Below, in pieces: positions 29,602-39,186 of a stretch of 64,000 nt of DNA. This DNA is from an uncultured bacterium (GTDB lineage: Bacteria > Chloroflexota > UBA5177 > JANWHV01): NCBI GenBank assembly GCA_963827235.1, contig CAWHAE010000009.1, positions 32,001 through 96,000 on the forward strand, written 5' to 3'. Position 1 is the first letter of the stretch, and every line of letters starts with the position of its first letter. The notes beneath the pieces are model-generated. The model had not been told where the DNA came from, did no database searches, and saw nothing but the letters and a program-made list of their open reading frames with translations. The position numbers and the translations under genes are program-made.

Positions 29602-30375
29602 CTAGCGGTGTGCCGCCGGCTCGGCGGCGAGCGCCCGGCCTGCAGGCGGTGCAGCCGTCGCGTGAGGGGTGGCGGGCCGCCGTCTGCGCTTCGGCTGGGC
29701 CGCCGTCTTGCTCGCCATGGCGCCGATGGTGATGCCCTGCCCACCGGTGAGATGGTCGTAGAGCAGCGCCTTGGCCGTCGCCGGTTCGTGCTGCTCGAGT
29801 GCGGCGACGATCGGGCGGTGCCCCGACACGGCCTTGGAGATGTCGTCCGCGCTCGTGTCGGCTATGTCCAGCGTGGTCTCGATCAGTGTGGCCAGCGGCT
29901 CCCACGCGCTCCGCACGGCCCGGTTGCCCGAGAGCACGATCAGTGTGCGGTGGAAGGCCATGTCGGCGGTCGCAAACGCCTCCACGCGGCCCGCGGCCAC
30001 CCCCTGCTCCATCTCGTCGATGTCGCGGTACAGGTCCGCTGCCTCTTCCTCCGTGATGCGCATGGCCGTGCGCTGAATGGCCAGCGTCTCCAGCGTCAGC
30101 CGGCACTCGTAGATGTCGGCGATGTCCTGTTGCGTCACGCCCACCACGTAGGCGCCGCGCCGCGGCTCGCTGCGCACCAGTCCTTCTCGCTCGAGCTGGG
30201 TGATCGCCTCGCGGATCGGTAGCCTGCTGACGCCGAAGCGCCTGGCCAGGGCCGGCTCTTTGAGGCGGTCGCCGGGAGCAAACTCCCCCAGCACGATGGC
30301 GCGTCGCATCGTCGCAGCCACGCGTTCCCACAGTGCTTCAACCCGCACAATATCCGGCTTGTTGGCACTCAACAT
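29602..30375 (-). CDS. GntR-family regulator (FCD domain)
   Basis: PGDRLKEPALARRFGVSRLPIREA; DMAFHRTL..SGN. Confidence 0.92.
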   Translation of the reverse strand: MLSANKPDIVRVEALWERVAATMRRAIVLGEFAPGDRLKEPALARRFGVSRLPIREAITQLEREGLVRSEPRRGAYVVGVTQQDIADIYECRLTLETLAIQRTAMRITEEEAADLYRDIDEMEQGVAAGRVEAFATADMAFHRTLIVLSGNRAVRSAWEPLATLIETTLDIADTSADDISKAVSGHRPIVAALEQHEPATAKALLYDHLTGGQGITIGAMASKTAAQPKRRRRPATPHATAAPPAGRALAAEPAAHR

Positions 30376-30712
30376 CCTCTACCGTTCTCCCGATTCACAT
30401 CCGTGCGCACCTTCAGCGGTCAGGTACCCGCCCGTGCCGGCCTCCGGCGAGGCGGTGCAACCCTCGGCACTCGGTACGAAGCTACCCCACAGTGTATGGG
30501 ACGGTGACAGCTTTATCCGATCGAGCGCGTGATGCCTCTATCGCCGTTCGATCCTCACGTCAAGGCCACCGGGTACTCAGGACCATGATGCAGCCATCAA
30601 TCCCGGGTACCCGATGCGCGAGTCTGCGCACTGCGCCGGCTCGACGTTCACGCGCCGGCGGCGGCTTCTTCGCGGCATGCCTATCGGCGCCGTTCGCCGC
30701 CGGTGCCTGTTG

Positions 30713-31630
30713 CTAGGCCGCGACCGACCGATGCCGCAGCACGATCTCGGCGACGGCACGCCGGGTGGTCTCGTCGGGCCGCTCCAGCGGCAGGGCAGGC
30801 CGCCCGCTGCCAAAGCCCAGCGCCGCCGCCGCCAGCTTGGCCCCGGTCAGGAAGTGCCCATACTGCTCGATGCGCGCCAGGTCCGCTGCCTCCGCCTGCA
30901 GCCGCGCCACCGTGGCCCCATCCCCCGCCCTGGCCGCCGCGAAGAGCGCCACGTACAGCCGCGGCGCGAAGTTGGCCAGCCCGGGCACCAGCCCGTCGCC
31001 CACCGGCGGCGGCGTCTGGTTCATCAGCTTGCCGCTGCCCTGCAGCACCCGGAAGTGCGGCTGCTCCGCCTTGATGGCCAGGAAGCGGGCGAAGGCGCCC
31101 CCGTCCTCGGCCGAGTCCTTGATCCCGATCACCCGCCGCTCGCTCGCCAGGGCCGCCACCGTCTCGGGCAGCAGGATGTTGTGCGTGCACTGGGGGATGT
31201 TGTAGAGCATCACCGGCAGGGCACAGGCCTCGAGCAGCCGCTCGATGTGTCGCTGCTGGTCGGCACCGCTCACGCCGAAGTAGTAGGGGGAGCCGGCCAC
31301 CAGCACGTCCGCCCCTGCCGCTTCCGCCTGCCGGGCCGCCTCGCAGGCCGCGCTGGTGCCCGGCAGCATCACCCCGGCCAGCACCGGCACCCGCCCGGCG
31401 GCGGCGTGCACCGCGGCGGCCAGCACCGCCCCCCGCTGCGCCGTGCTCAGCCAGGCCCCTTCGCCAAAGCCCCCCAGCACGAAGAGTCCGGCGCAGCCCC
31501 CGGCCAGCACGTAGTCCACCAGGCCGTGCATGCCCCCCGCGTCCGGCTCCCCCTGCTCGTCCAGCGGCGAGACCAGCGGCGGGATCACCCCGCCCAGGCT
31601 GATGCGCCTGCCCGCATTCTGCTCTGCCAT
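30713..31630 (-). CDS. DHDPS/NAL-family aldolase or dehydratase
   Basis: GVIPPLVSP, LFVLGGFGEG, LYNIPQCT, Schiff-base GIKDS. Confidence 0.9.
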   Translation of the reverse strand: MAEQNAGRRISLGGVIPPLVSPLDEQGEPDAGGMHGLVDYVLAGGCAGLFVLGGFGEGAWLSTAQRGAVLAAAVHAAAGRVPVLAGVMLPGTSAACEAARQAEAAGADVLVAGSPYYFGVSGADQQRHIERLLEACALPVMLYNIPQCTHNILLPETVAALASERRVIGIKDSAEDGGAFARFLAIKAEQPHFRVLQGSGKLMNQTPPPVGDGLVPGLANFAPRLYVALFAAARAGDGATVARLQAEAADLARIEQYGHFLTGAKLAAAALGFGSGRPALPLERPDETTRRAVAEIVLRHRSVAA

Positions 31631-31678
31631 GTGCTCTCCGGTCCCTCTCTCTCTGCCCTCATCCCTCGCCTGCCGCCC

Positions 31679-32650
31679 CTAGACCACCCCGTTGACGCAG
31701 TTGGGCACCCGCTCGCCCCGCAGCGCCGTGGCCACCGTCTGCGCCACGCTCGCCCGCAGGCTGCTCACCGCCCGCGGACTGGCCGAGGCCACGTGGCTGG
31801 TGATCACCACGTTGCCCATGCGCCGCAGGGCGCTCTCCGCCGGCAGCGGCTCCGGGTCCGTCACGTCCAGGGCGGCACCGCCCACCCGGCCCGCGGCCAG
31901 TGCCGCCTCCAGGGCCGCCGTGTCCACCAGCGTGCCCCGCGCCATGTTTACCAGCAGCACGCCCTCCTGCATCCCGGCCAGCGACCGCGCGTTGATCATC
32001 TGCTGCGTCTGCGCCGTGCTCGGGCAGTGCAGCGAGACCAGGTCGCTCTCGGCCAGCAGCCGCTCCAGCGGCACCAGCGTGGCGCCCAGCGCCGCCGCTT
32101 CCTCCGCGCCGAGCAGCGGGTCGCAGACCAGCACCCGCGTCTTGAAGGGCAGCAGCCGCCGCACCACCTCGCGCCCGATGCGCCCGCAGCCCACCACGCC
32201 CGTGGTCATGTCCCGCAGCGTGTGGTAGGTGTTCAGGGGCAGCTGGGCACTCCAGCCCCCCGCCTGCACCGTCACGGCGTGCCGCACCACCTGCCGCGTC
32301 AGGGCCAGCATCAGGGCCAGCGTGTGGTCCGCCACCTCGTCGATGCAGTAGTCCGGCACGTTGCACACCGCGATGTTCCGGCTGCGTGCCGCCGCCAGGT
32401 CCACGTTGTCCACCCCGATGCCGTAACGCACGATCAGCCGCGCCCGCTGCATGCCCTGGATGGCCCGTGCCGTCACCGGCGCGAACTGCGTCAGCACGAA
32501 GTCCGCCTGGGCGCAGCAGGCCAGCACCTCCTCCTCGGTGCGGCACTGCGCCCCCACCAGCGTGCAGCCCAGGGGCTCCAGAATCTGCCGCTCCGTCTCC
32601 AGCTCGCCAAACGTGGAATCGGTCACCGCTACCGTATAGCCTGCCATCAT
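31679..32650 (-). CDS. D-2-hydroxyacid dehydrogenase (CtBP-like)
   Basis: RYGIGVDNVD, NVPDYCIDEVADH, GCGRIG, NMARG, LDVTDPEP. Confidence 0.92.
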   Translation of the reverse strand: MMAGYTVAVTDSTFGELETERQILEPLGCTLVGAQCRTEEEVLACCAQADFVLTQFAPVTARAIQGMQRARLIVRYGIGVDNVDLAAARSRNIAVCNVPDYCIDEVADHTLALMLALTRQVVRHAVTVQAGGWSAQLPLNTYHTLRDMTTGVVGCGRIGREVVRRLLPFKTRVLVCDPLLGAEEAAALGATLVPLERLLAESDLVSLHCPSTAQTQQMINARSLAGMQEGVLLVNMARGTLVDTAALEAALAAGRVGGAALDVTDPEPLPAESALRRMGNVVITSHVASASPRAVSSLRASVAQTVATALRGERVPNCVNGVV

Positions 32651-32666
32651 CGCCTCCCTCAGCCGC

Positions 32667-33767
32667 TCACGCGCCATCGCGCAGCGTGAACGCCACGCCC
32701 ACGCTCGCCGCCGTCTCGATCAGGGTCTCTACCGTGTGCGCGCTCAGCGGACAGCCCGAGGCCGCCCGCTGCCGGGCCGTGCGCAGCTCCGGCTCCCCCG
32801 GCAGCAGCACTTCCTCCACCCCCGCCACCGGGGGACTGGCCTTCAGGGCGTCGCAGAAGGCGTCCACCCGCTCCTGGTACTCCGCCAGGGAGGTGAAGGC
32901 CGTCACGTCCAACGCCTGCACGTAGTGCGCGATGTCCACCCGCTGGCTGAAGTCTTCCCCCCAGCGCACGATGTGCGGCCCCCACTGCGTGCCCAGCAGC
33001 AGCGAGGAGGTGAACTCGATCATGGTGGCCAGGCCGTAGCCCTTGGCCCCGCCCATGGGCAGCCCGGCATAGGTGGCGAACACCGCCGGGTCGGCCGAGG
33101 GCTCGGTCACCGGCCGCCCCTGGTCGTCGATCACCCACCCCGCCGGTACCCGCTGGTGCTCCTGCGCCGCCTTGTAGTACTTGCCTCCCGCCACCACGCT
33201 GGTCGCCATGTCCACCGTCACCCCCGGCCAGCGCCGGCCGGCCGGGGCCGCCAGGGCCAGCGGGTTGGTGCCGAAGAAGCGCTGCCGCCCGTTGTAGGGC
33301 ACCACGCTCGACTCCGCCGGCGACCACACCGTGCCCACACAGCCCTGTGCCGCCGCCCAGTTCACGTAGTAGGCCGCCGCCCCGAAGTGGTTGGAGTGCC
33401 GCACCAGCACCGTGCCCACCCCCTGCTCCCGCGCCAGCGCCACCGCCTGCTCCATGGCCCGCACCGTGGCCAGGTGCCCCATGCCGCCGTCCGCGTCCAG
33501 CACGCCCACCGCGCCCCGCCGCCGCTCGAAGCGCAGCCGCGGCGTGGGGTTGATCAGCCCCAGGCGCAGCCGCTTGACGTACAGGCGCAGGTTGAAGGCG
33601 CCGTGCGTATCCACGCCGCGCAGGTTGGCGTCGACGATCACCTCCGCGCACAGGGCGGCCTCCTCCGCGGGCATGCCGGCCCCGGCCAGCAGGGCGCCGG
33701 CAAAGCGGCGCAGGCTCTGGGCGGAGACCACGATGTCGCGGGCCGCGGCGCGCTCATTCTCGTGCAT
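32667..33767 (-). CDS. Ldh2-family (malate/L-lactate/ureidoglycolate dehydrogenase type 2) oxidoreductase
   Basis: GVDTHG, SNHFG, GTNPLA, DMATS, GGAKGYGL, LLPGEPE. Confidence 0.92.
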   Translation of the reverse strand: MHENERAAARDIVVSAQSLRRFAGALLAGAGMPAEEAALCAEVIVDANLRGVDTHGAFNLRLYVKRLRLGLINPTPRLRFERRRGAVGVLDADGGMGHLATVRAMEQAVALAREQGVGTVLVRHSNHFGAAAYYVNWAAAQGCVGTVWSPAESSVVPYNGRQRFFGTNPLALAAPAGRRWPGVTVDMATSVVAGGKYYKAAQEHQRVPAGWVIDDQGRPVTEPSADPAVFATYAGLPMGGAKGYGLATMIEFTSSLLLGTQWGPHIVRWGEDFSQRVDIAHYVQALDVTAFTSLAEYQERVDAFCDALKASPPVAGVEEVLLPGEPELRTARQRAASGCPLSAHTVETLIETAASVGVAFTLRDGA

Positions 33768-33911
33768 GGCTGTTCGTTCCTTGCCCCACTCTCGCTGCTC
33801 TCGCGGTGCGCAGCGGCACCCCCGCCCCACCGCCGGACTCAGCCGTGCGGCGCGACGGACGCGCCATCCCCGCGCCGTGCCGCCCTCACCATACCGCAGA
33901 TCCCCGCCGTG

Positions 33912-33972
33912 GTCAACTGTTGACAGAATGTTCGGATTGACGATTGCCGTTCTACTAGCATACTGTTGACAG
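33912..33972. promoter_or_regulatory. Divergent promoter region with TGTTGAC operator sites
   Basis: Palindrome GTCAAC-T-GTTGAC (33912-33924); TTGACG-16bp-CATACT followed by GTTGACAG. Confidence 0.65.
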
Positions 33973-34035
33973 AGATCCGTGCGCGGCGGGCCGCTGCTGC
34001 CCGCGCCGCCATGGCACGGAGGCCGGAGGCCTTGA

Positions 34036-35337
34036 ATGAACCTTGACCTTGCCATCCCGGAGTCGCTGCTCCACGAGCTGCTCGACTCCGTGCCCATACC
34101 GCCGCTGGCCCCCGTGCGCTATGACATGGCCACACCGCCGGCACTCGGCGATCTGCCAAAGCTGGTGGCCGCGCAGGTGCAGGCTGCGCGCGCCTGCATT
34201 GCACCGGGCCAGCGTATCGCGGTCGGCGTGGGCAGCCGGGGCATTGCACAACTTCCCGAGATCGTGGCCGCGCTGGTGCGCAGCCTGCGCGATCTGGGCG
34301 CCGATCCCTTTCTCGTGCCGGCGATGGGCAGCCACGGCGGTGCCACGGGCGAAGGTCAGCGCGCCATGCTTCACAGCCTGGGCATCACCGAAGCGCGCGC
34401 CGGCGCACCGATCGTGGCGCAGATGGAGACGGTCGAGGTGGGCGTGACGCCGGACGGTACCCCGGTGCGGCTGGACCGTCTTGCCGCGGCGGCTGACGGC
34501 ATCGTCTTCGTGGCGCGGGTCAAGCCGCACACCTCGTTTCGCGGACCCTACGAGAGTGGGTTGGCGAAGATGATCGCCATCGGCTTCGGCAAACAGGCCG
34601 GCGCCTCTGCCTGTCACGCGCAGGGCTTCGGCCAGATGCACCGGCACGTGCCGGCCCTCGCCGAAGTGGCTCTCGCCCGGGCGCCGTTCAAGTTCGCCCT
34701 CGCGGTGCTGGAGAACGCCTACGACCAGCCGTTCAAGGTGGAGCTGGTGCCGGCCGAGCGAATGCTGGCCGTAGAGCCGTCACTGTTGGAGGAGGCGCGC
34801 GCCGCCATGGCCCACATCCCCTTCGACCAGCTCGACGTGCTGGTAATCGACCGCATCGGCAAGGATATCAGCGGTGACGGGGCCGACCCAAACATTACCG
34901 GCTGCTATCCCACGCCCTACGCCAGCGGAGGCCCGTCCGTCGCGAAACAGGTGGTGCTCGATCTCACGGATGCCACGCACGGCAATGCCTGCGGCCTGGG
35001 CACGGCAGACTTCACGACCATGCACGCGGCGCGCAAGATGTCCCTCGCGGCCATGTACGCCAATGCCCTGACCTCCACGGTCGTGCGTCCGGTGGCCGTG
35101 CCCATGGTCCTGCCGTCGGACCGCCTGGCCCTGGCCGCGGCACTGCTCACCTGTAACGCGGTGGGCCGGCAGCAGCGGCTGCTCCGCCTGCAGGACACGC
35201 TGCACCTGGGTCGGTTCTGGGTCTCGGCCGGCTTGCTTGAGGAGGTGCAGGCCAATTCGCGGTTGTACCTCGAGGCTGCCCCTGCACCCGCTTGCTTCGA
35301 TGATGAAGGTAACCTGTTCGACCATGGCTGTAGCTGA
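34036..35337 (+). CDS. LarA-like (lactate racemase superfamily, DUF362/DUF2088) racemase/epimerase
   Basis: GVGSRGI, PAMGSHGGAT, RVKPHTSF.G.YESGL.KM..IG.GK, IGKDISG.G.DPN, HGNA.G.G.AD. Confidence 0.8.
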   Translation: MNLDLAIPESLLHELLDSVPIPPLAPVRYDMATPPALGDLPKLVAAQVQAARACIAPGQRIAVGVGSRGIAQLPEIVAALVRSLRDLGADPFLVPAMGSHGGATGEGQRAMLHSLGITEARAGAPIVAQMETVEVGVTPDGTPVRLDRLAAAADGIVFVARVKPHTSFRGPYESGLAKMIAIGFGKQAGASACHAQGFGQMHRHVPALAEVALARAPFKFALAVLENAYDQPFKVELVPAERMLAVEPSLLEEARAAMAHIPFDQLDVLVIDRIGKDISGDGADPNITGCYPTPYASGGPSVAKQVVLDLTDATHGNACGLGTADFTTMHAARKMSLAAMYANALTSTVVRPVAVPMVLPSDRLALAAALLTCNAVGRQQRLLRLQDTLHLGRFWVSAGLLEEVQANSRLYLEAAPAPACFDDEGNLFDHGCS

Positions 35338-35350
35338 TCGGGGGAGAGCA

Positions 35351-36517
35351 ATGGATGATCTGCCGGGCTTCGGCATGGAAGTGGTGCGGATGCGGGAGGC
35401 CCTGGCGCGGGAGGGCGTCGACGGAGTTCTGCTCTCCGAGCCGGGAAGCATCTGCGCGGCCACCGGGTTCGCCGTGCCGCTGCCGATTGGCGCTAGTGCG
35501 GCCTTTGCCGGTGGGCCGCTGCTGGCCCTCGTAGGGCGAGACGCCGTTGGCCTGCTGGTCTCCGGATCGGAGGCCGGTGTCGCCAAGCAGGAGAGCCGGG
35601 TCGACGCGCTCACCGTCTACGAGCCCTTCGACCACTTGCAGGCCCTTGATGCGCGGGCTGAGTTTCTGGCCGGGCTCGACAGGTTGCTGCAGAGTGTGTT
35701 GCCCTCGCATGCATCCCTGAGCCTCGGCATCGAGCCGCGCAGTCTCCCCACGCTGGTGGCGGCCCACCTGGCCGAGCACTATCCTGCGCTGGCGGTGCGG
35801 GATGCCACTGTCGCGGTGGCGCGCGCCCGCATGGTGAAGACGCCGCGCGAGATTGCGCTGCTGCGCCGGGCCGCGCGTGCCGCGGACGCCGGCCAGCAAG
35901 CTCTGCTGGCGCAGGCGAGAAGCGGTGCGAGCGAGCTGTCTCTGTGGAACGGACTGTGCGGGGCCATCGAAGCGGTGGCCGGCGGCTCGGTGCCGATCAC
36001 CGGTGAGCTGGTAGCAGGTCCGCGCACCGCGGTGGTCGAGTACCCGGGCGGCCCGACCGCGCGCACGGTGGAGCATGGGGACACCATAATCTGCGACATC
36101 AGCCCCTGCGTGCACGGCTACTATGCCGACTGCTGTAACACGCTGGTCGTGGGCGAGGCCACCGCAGACCAGAGCCACTTCTGCCGGGCGGCGCGCGATG
36201 CCTGTGAGGCGGCCATGCTGGCGCTCCGGCCGGGCGCCCGCGCCGCCGATGCCTTCGAGGCGGCACGAGCGGCCCTGGAGCGGCACGGTCTCCCGGTAGC
36301 CCACTACGCCGGGCACGGAATCGGCGCTTCGGTCAACGAGCTGCCGCGGCTGGTGCCCCACGACCTGACGCGTATCGAGCCCGGCATGGTATTCGCCGTC
36401 GAGCCGGGCGCCTATGCCGGCTTGGGCGGCAGCACCGGGGCACGCGCCGAGAAGATGGTTCTGGTGACCGCCGGCGGTCCCGAGATCCTCTCGCAATTCG
36501 CCTGGGGAGTGAGCTAA
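35351..36517 (+). CDS. M24-family (Xaa-Pro peptidase-like) metallohydrolase
   Basis: RMVKTPREI, D..GYYAD, GHGIG, AVEPG, RAE metal ligands; alternative ATG 35324. Confidence 0.88.
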   Translation: MDDLPGFGMEVVRMREALAREGVDGVLLSEPGSICAATGFAVPLPIGASAAFAGGPLLALVGRDAVGLLVSGSEAGVAKQESRVDALTVYEPFDHLQALDARAEFLAGLDRLLQSVLPSHASLSLGIEPRSLPTLVAAHLAEHYPALAVRDATVAVARARMVKTPREIALLRRAARAADAGQQALLAQARSGASELSLWNGLCGAIEAVAGGSVPITGELVAGPRTAVVEYPGGPTARTVEHGDTIICDISPCVHGYYADCCNTLVVGEATADQSHFCRAARDACEAAMLALRPGARAADAFEAARAALERHGLPVAHYAGHGIGASVNELPRLVPHDLTRIEPGMVFAVEPGAYAGLGGSTGARAEKMVLVTAGGPEILSQFAWGVS

Positions 36518-36664
36518 GCCAGTAGCCAACTGCCAGCCACTGCCCGGCCTACGCAAGCGCAGGGTCGACGTCTCATAAGATTGCTTCACTCCAGGATATC
36601 GCTGGCTTTACAGCCTGGGGGGCCGCGTGCGGCCAAGAAGCCCCTGCTTCTGAGTGCGATCTTG

Positions 36665-36693
36665 TTGACTCTCAGAGTACCTCTATGTATACT
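36665..36693 (+). promoter_or_regulatory. Near-consensus sigma70 promoter
   Basis: TTGACT-17bp-TATACT, followed by GTTAAC. Confidence 0.7.
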
Positions 36694-36805
36694 GTTAACA
36701 CTCATTTGAGTGATGTCGTGCTGCCTGGAGCCGGCATCCGAGGGCCGCGAAATAGGGGGTATTTGAAGGCCCGAGAAGCCCTCCTTCGACACGGTTCCGG
36801 GCGGG

Positions 36806-37124
36806 GTGATAGACGCCCCGTTGGTCGACGGGTGCAGCGCGCTCGGCGTAGCTGCGGCGAATTCTCATCCCGCTTTCGCGCCCTGGTACCGTGGCGGTCG
36901 CCGTGGTGGCCTTCTGCGGCAGCTGGAACGAGCACTTGATAGCTTCGGCGTTCGTAACGAATCGCGCCGCTGGTGCCGGCATCTCGACGTCGATCAGCGA
37001 ACAGAACCTCGAGCTTTGCCGGCTCGAAGCTGCCTGGCTAGGCTTCTCGTTGCTGCCGGTAGTGCTGTATCTGGCGGTGCAGCGCCATGTGGTACGGGGA
37101 CTTGCCGCCGGCGCGGTGAAGTAG
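36806..37124 (+). pseudogene. Degenerate C-terminal remnant of carbohydrate ABC permease
   Basis: IDAPLVDGCS (EAA loop) in one frame; AF..SWNE..LPVVLYLAVQRHVVRGLAAGAVK in another. Confidence 0.7.
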
Positions 37125-37234
37125 CAGGGTGGCCTGCTCTGTTTGGAGGGGGATGGCGCTGACGTGATGCAGGACCGGGAGTATTCGGCTTTTTGTCCGG
37201 TAGGATGTCGTATTGTCAGGCAAGTGGCAAGCCA

Positions 37235-37990
37235 ATGAAGAGCTTACGACCGATCGAAATGCCGTCCGTGCACGATGCATTGGTAGCAAGCGTTAAAGAG
37301 TACATCATCGCCAATCGGCTTCGGGCCGGGGATCCGCTTCCCACCGAGGCGCAGTTGGCCGAGCAGCTTCGCGTGAGCCGCTCCGGGGTTCGGGAAGCCC
37401 TGCGATCGCTGCAATCGCTGGGAGTGATCACGTCGCGGCGCGGCGAAGGACATTACGTCAATAGCTTCAATCTCGACCCTATCGTGCAGAACCTGAACTA
37501 CAGCATGCTCTTCGACGTCGAGGATGCCCGCGAAGTGCTCGAGATACGCGAGCGACTGGAAATAAGCTTCATTGCCGACGCCGCATCCGCCATGAACGAC
37601 GCGACGCTCGAGACCCTGAACGCCCTCGTCGAAGCCATGCATCTCAAGGCGAAACACGGCCGCTTGTTTCTCGAAGAGGATATTGCCTTTCACCGAACGA
37701 TCTATGAGACGACGGGCAACCGCCTGCTGCTCAAGCTTCTGGACGTCTTCTGGGACGTATACAAACACCTGCGCGACCGGTCTCTGCTCGACGTGCGCGA
37801 CCTCAGCCTGGAAGCCGGCAGCCACGAGCAGATCCTGCAGGCGCTGGCAGCAAGAGACGGCGTGGCGGCAAGCCGGTACCTGGTGCCTCACTTTGCCAGT
37901 ATGGACGAGCGGCTAAAGCCGAGCCGATCGCGGCGGGGAGCCGGATCTTCCACCGCCGCGCAAACCCCGGACCCGGATGAGCCGCGATAG
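37235..37990 (+). CDS. FadR/GntR-family regulator
   Basis: GDPLPTEAQLAEQLRVSRSGVREAL, EDIAFH..TGN. Confidence 0.92.
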   Translation: MKSLRPIEMPSVHDALVASVKEYIIANRLRAGDPLPTEAQLAEQLRVSRSGVREALRSLQSLGVITSRRGEGHYVNSFNLDPIVQNLNYSMLFDVEDAREVLEIRERLEISFIADAASAMNDATLETLNALVEAMHLKAKHGRLFLEEDIAFHRTIYETTGNRLLLKLLDVFWDVYKHLRDRSLLDVRDLSLEAGSHEQILQALAARDGVAASRYLVPHFASMDERLKPSRSRRGAGSSTAAQTPDPDEPR

Positions 37991-38004
37991 TAGCGGGAGG
38001 ATTT

Positions 38005-39186
38005 ATGCTGCCAAAAGAACGCGTGATAGCCGCCCTGGAGTTTGGTCACCCCGATCGTATTCCCGTCGGCGAGACGGGCATCGACTACGCCATCACCGAG
38101 CAGGTGCTCGGTCGCCCCACCCTGTACCGGGCCAAGTGGAAAGAGTTCACGGCGCTCTGGCAGGGCAGGCGGGACGAGTACGTGGACTCATGCAAGCGCG
38201 ACATCGTGGACCTGGCGCGCGCACTCGGACACGACGTCGTCCCCGCATTCCTGGTGCCTCCGAGGCACAAGGCGCCTGAGGTACCGGAGTTCCTTGAGAC
38301 CTATAAGTGGCGCAACCCGGACGGGCGCGTCTTCGTCTACTCGCCGGTGAGCCAGGGTCACGCCATGCTGGTGGAAAGCCCCGACGTCACCGTGGACGAT
38401 ATCCAGGACATTCCCGTCGACATCGACGAGTCGGAGCTCGAGCTGGTGCGGCACGTGGTCAAAGAGATGGGCGACACGCACTTCATCCTGGGGCGGCCGG
38501 GTGACGGCATCTTTCCCTGCATGCGCTACACCTTTGAGTTCTTGCTCCGTAACATGGTGGAGCGGCCGGAAGTCGTGGCCCGCATCATCGAGGTCGAGAC
38601 GAAACACTGCATCGCCGTGGCCGATGCATTGCTGGACGCCGGGTGCGATGCCGTGCTGCCCACGAGCGACGTGGCCGGCAACAGCGGCCCCTTCATGTCG
38701 CCCCGCATGTTCCGCCGGTTCATGTTCCCCTGGCTAAAGGCCGAATGCGACGCCGCGCATGCCAAGGGCAAATACCTGATCAAGCATACCGACGGCAACA
38801 TGTGGGCCCTGCTGGACATGATGATCGAGGCCGGGATCGACGGCTGGCAAGGCATACAGCCGCGCCTTGGCATGACGTTCCCGGCCCTGCAAGAGCGCTA
38901 TGGCGGGCGCCTCTGCTTCTGGGGCGGCGTCGACGTCGATACCCTGGTCGCCGGGAGCGAGGCGGATGTCGCCGAGGAGGTGCGCGTGGCCTTCGAGAGC
39001 GCGCCGCCGGCCGGCGGCATGGTGCTCACCTGCGGCAACAGCGTGATGGTCGGCGTGCAGCACGCCAACTACATGGCGATGATGCGCGCGGCCAAGAGTC
39101 TCAACGATAGCCGGCAGGGAGGAGGTGACCATCACGACGTCCACGATGAGCGAGCGCGAGAACTTGTTGCGCGCGATCAGGCATGA
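38005..39186 (+). CDS. Uroporphyrinogen decarboxylase/MtaA-family protein
   Basis: PKERV..PDRIP, SDVA..GPFMSP..FRRF.FP, KHTDGN, FWGGVD, LTCGNSV. Confidence 0.85.
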   Translation: MLPKERVIAALEFGHPDRIPVGETGIDYAITEQVLGRPTLYRAKWKEFTALWQGRRDEYVDSCKRDIVDLARALGHDVVPAFLVPPRHKAPEVPEFLETYKWRNPDGRVFVYSPVSQGHAMLVESPDVTVDDIQDIPVDIDESELELVRHVVKEMGDTHFILGRPGDGIFPCMRYTFEFLLRNMVERPEVVARIIEVETKHCIAVADALLDAGCDAVLPTSDVAGNSGPFMSPRMFRRFMFPWLKAECDAAHAKGKYLIKHTDGNMWALLDMMIEAGIDGWQGIQPRLGMTFPALQERYGGRLCFWGGVDVDTLVAGSEADVAEEVRVAFESAPPAGGMVLTCGNSVMVGVQHANYMAMMRAAKSLNDSRQGGGDHHDVHDERARELVARDQA

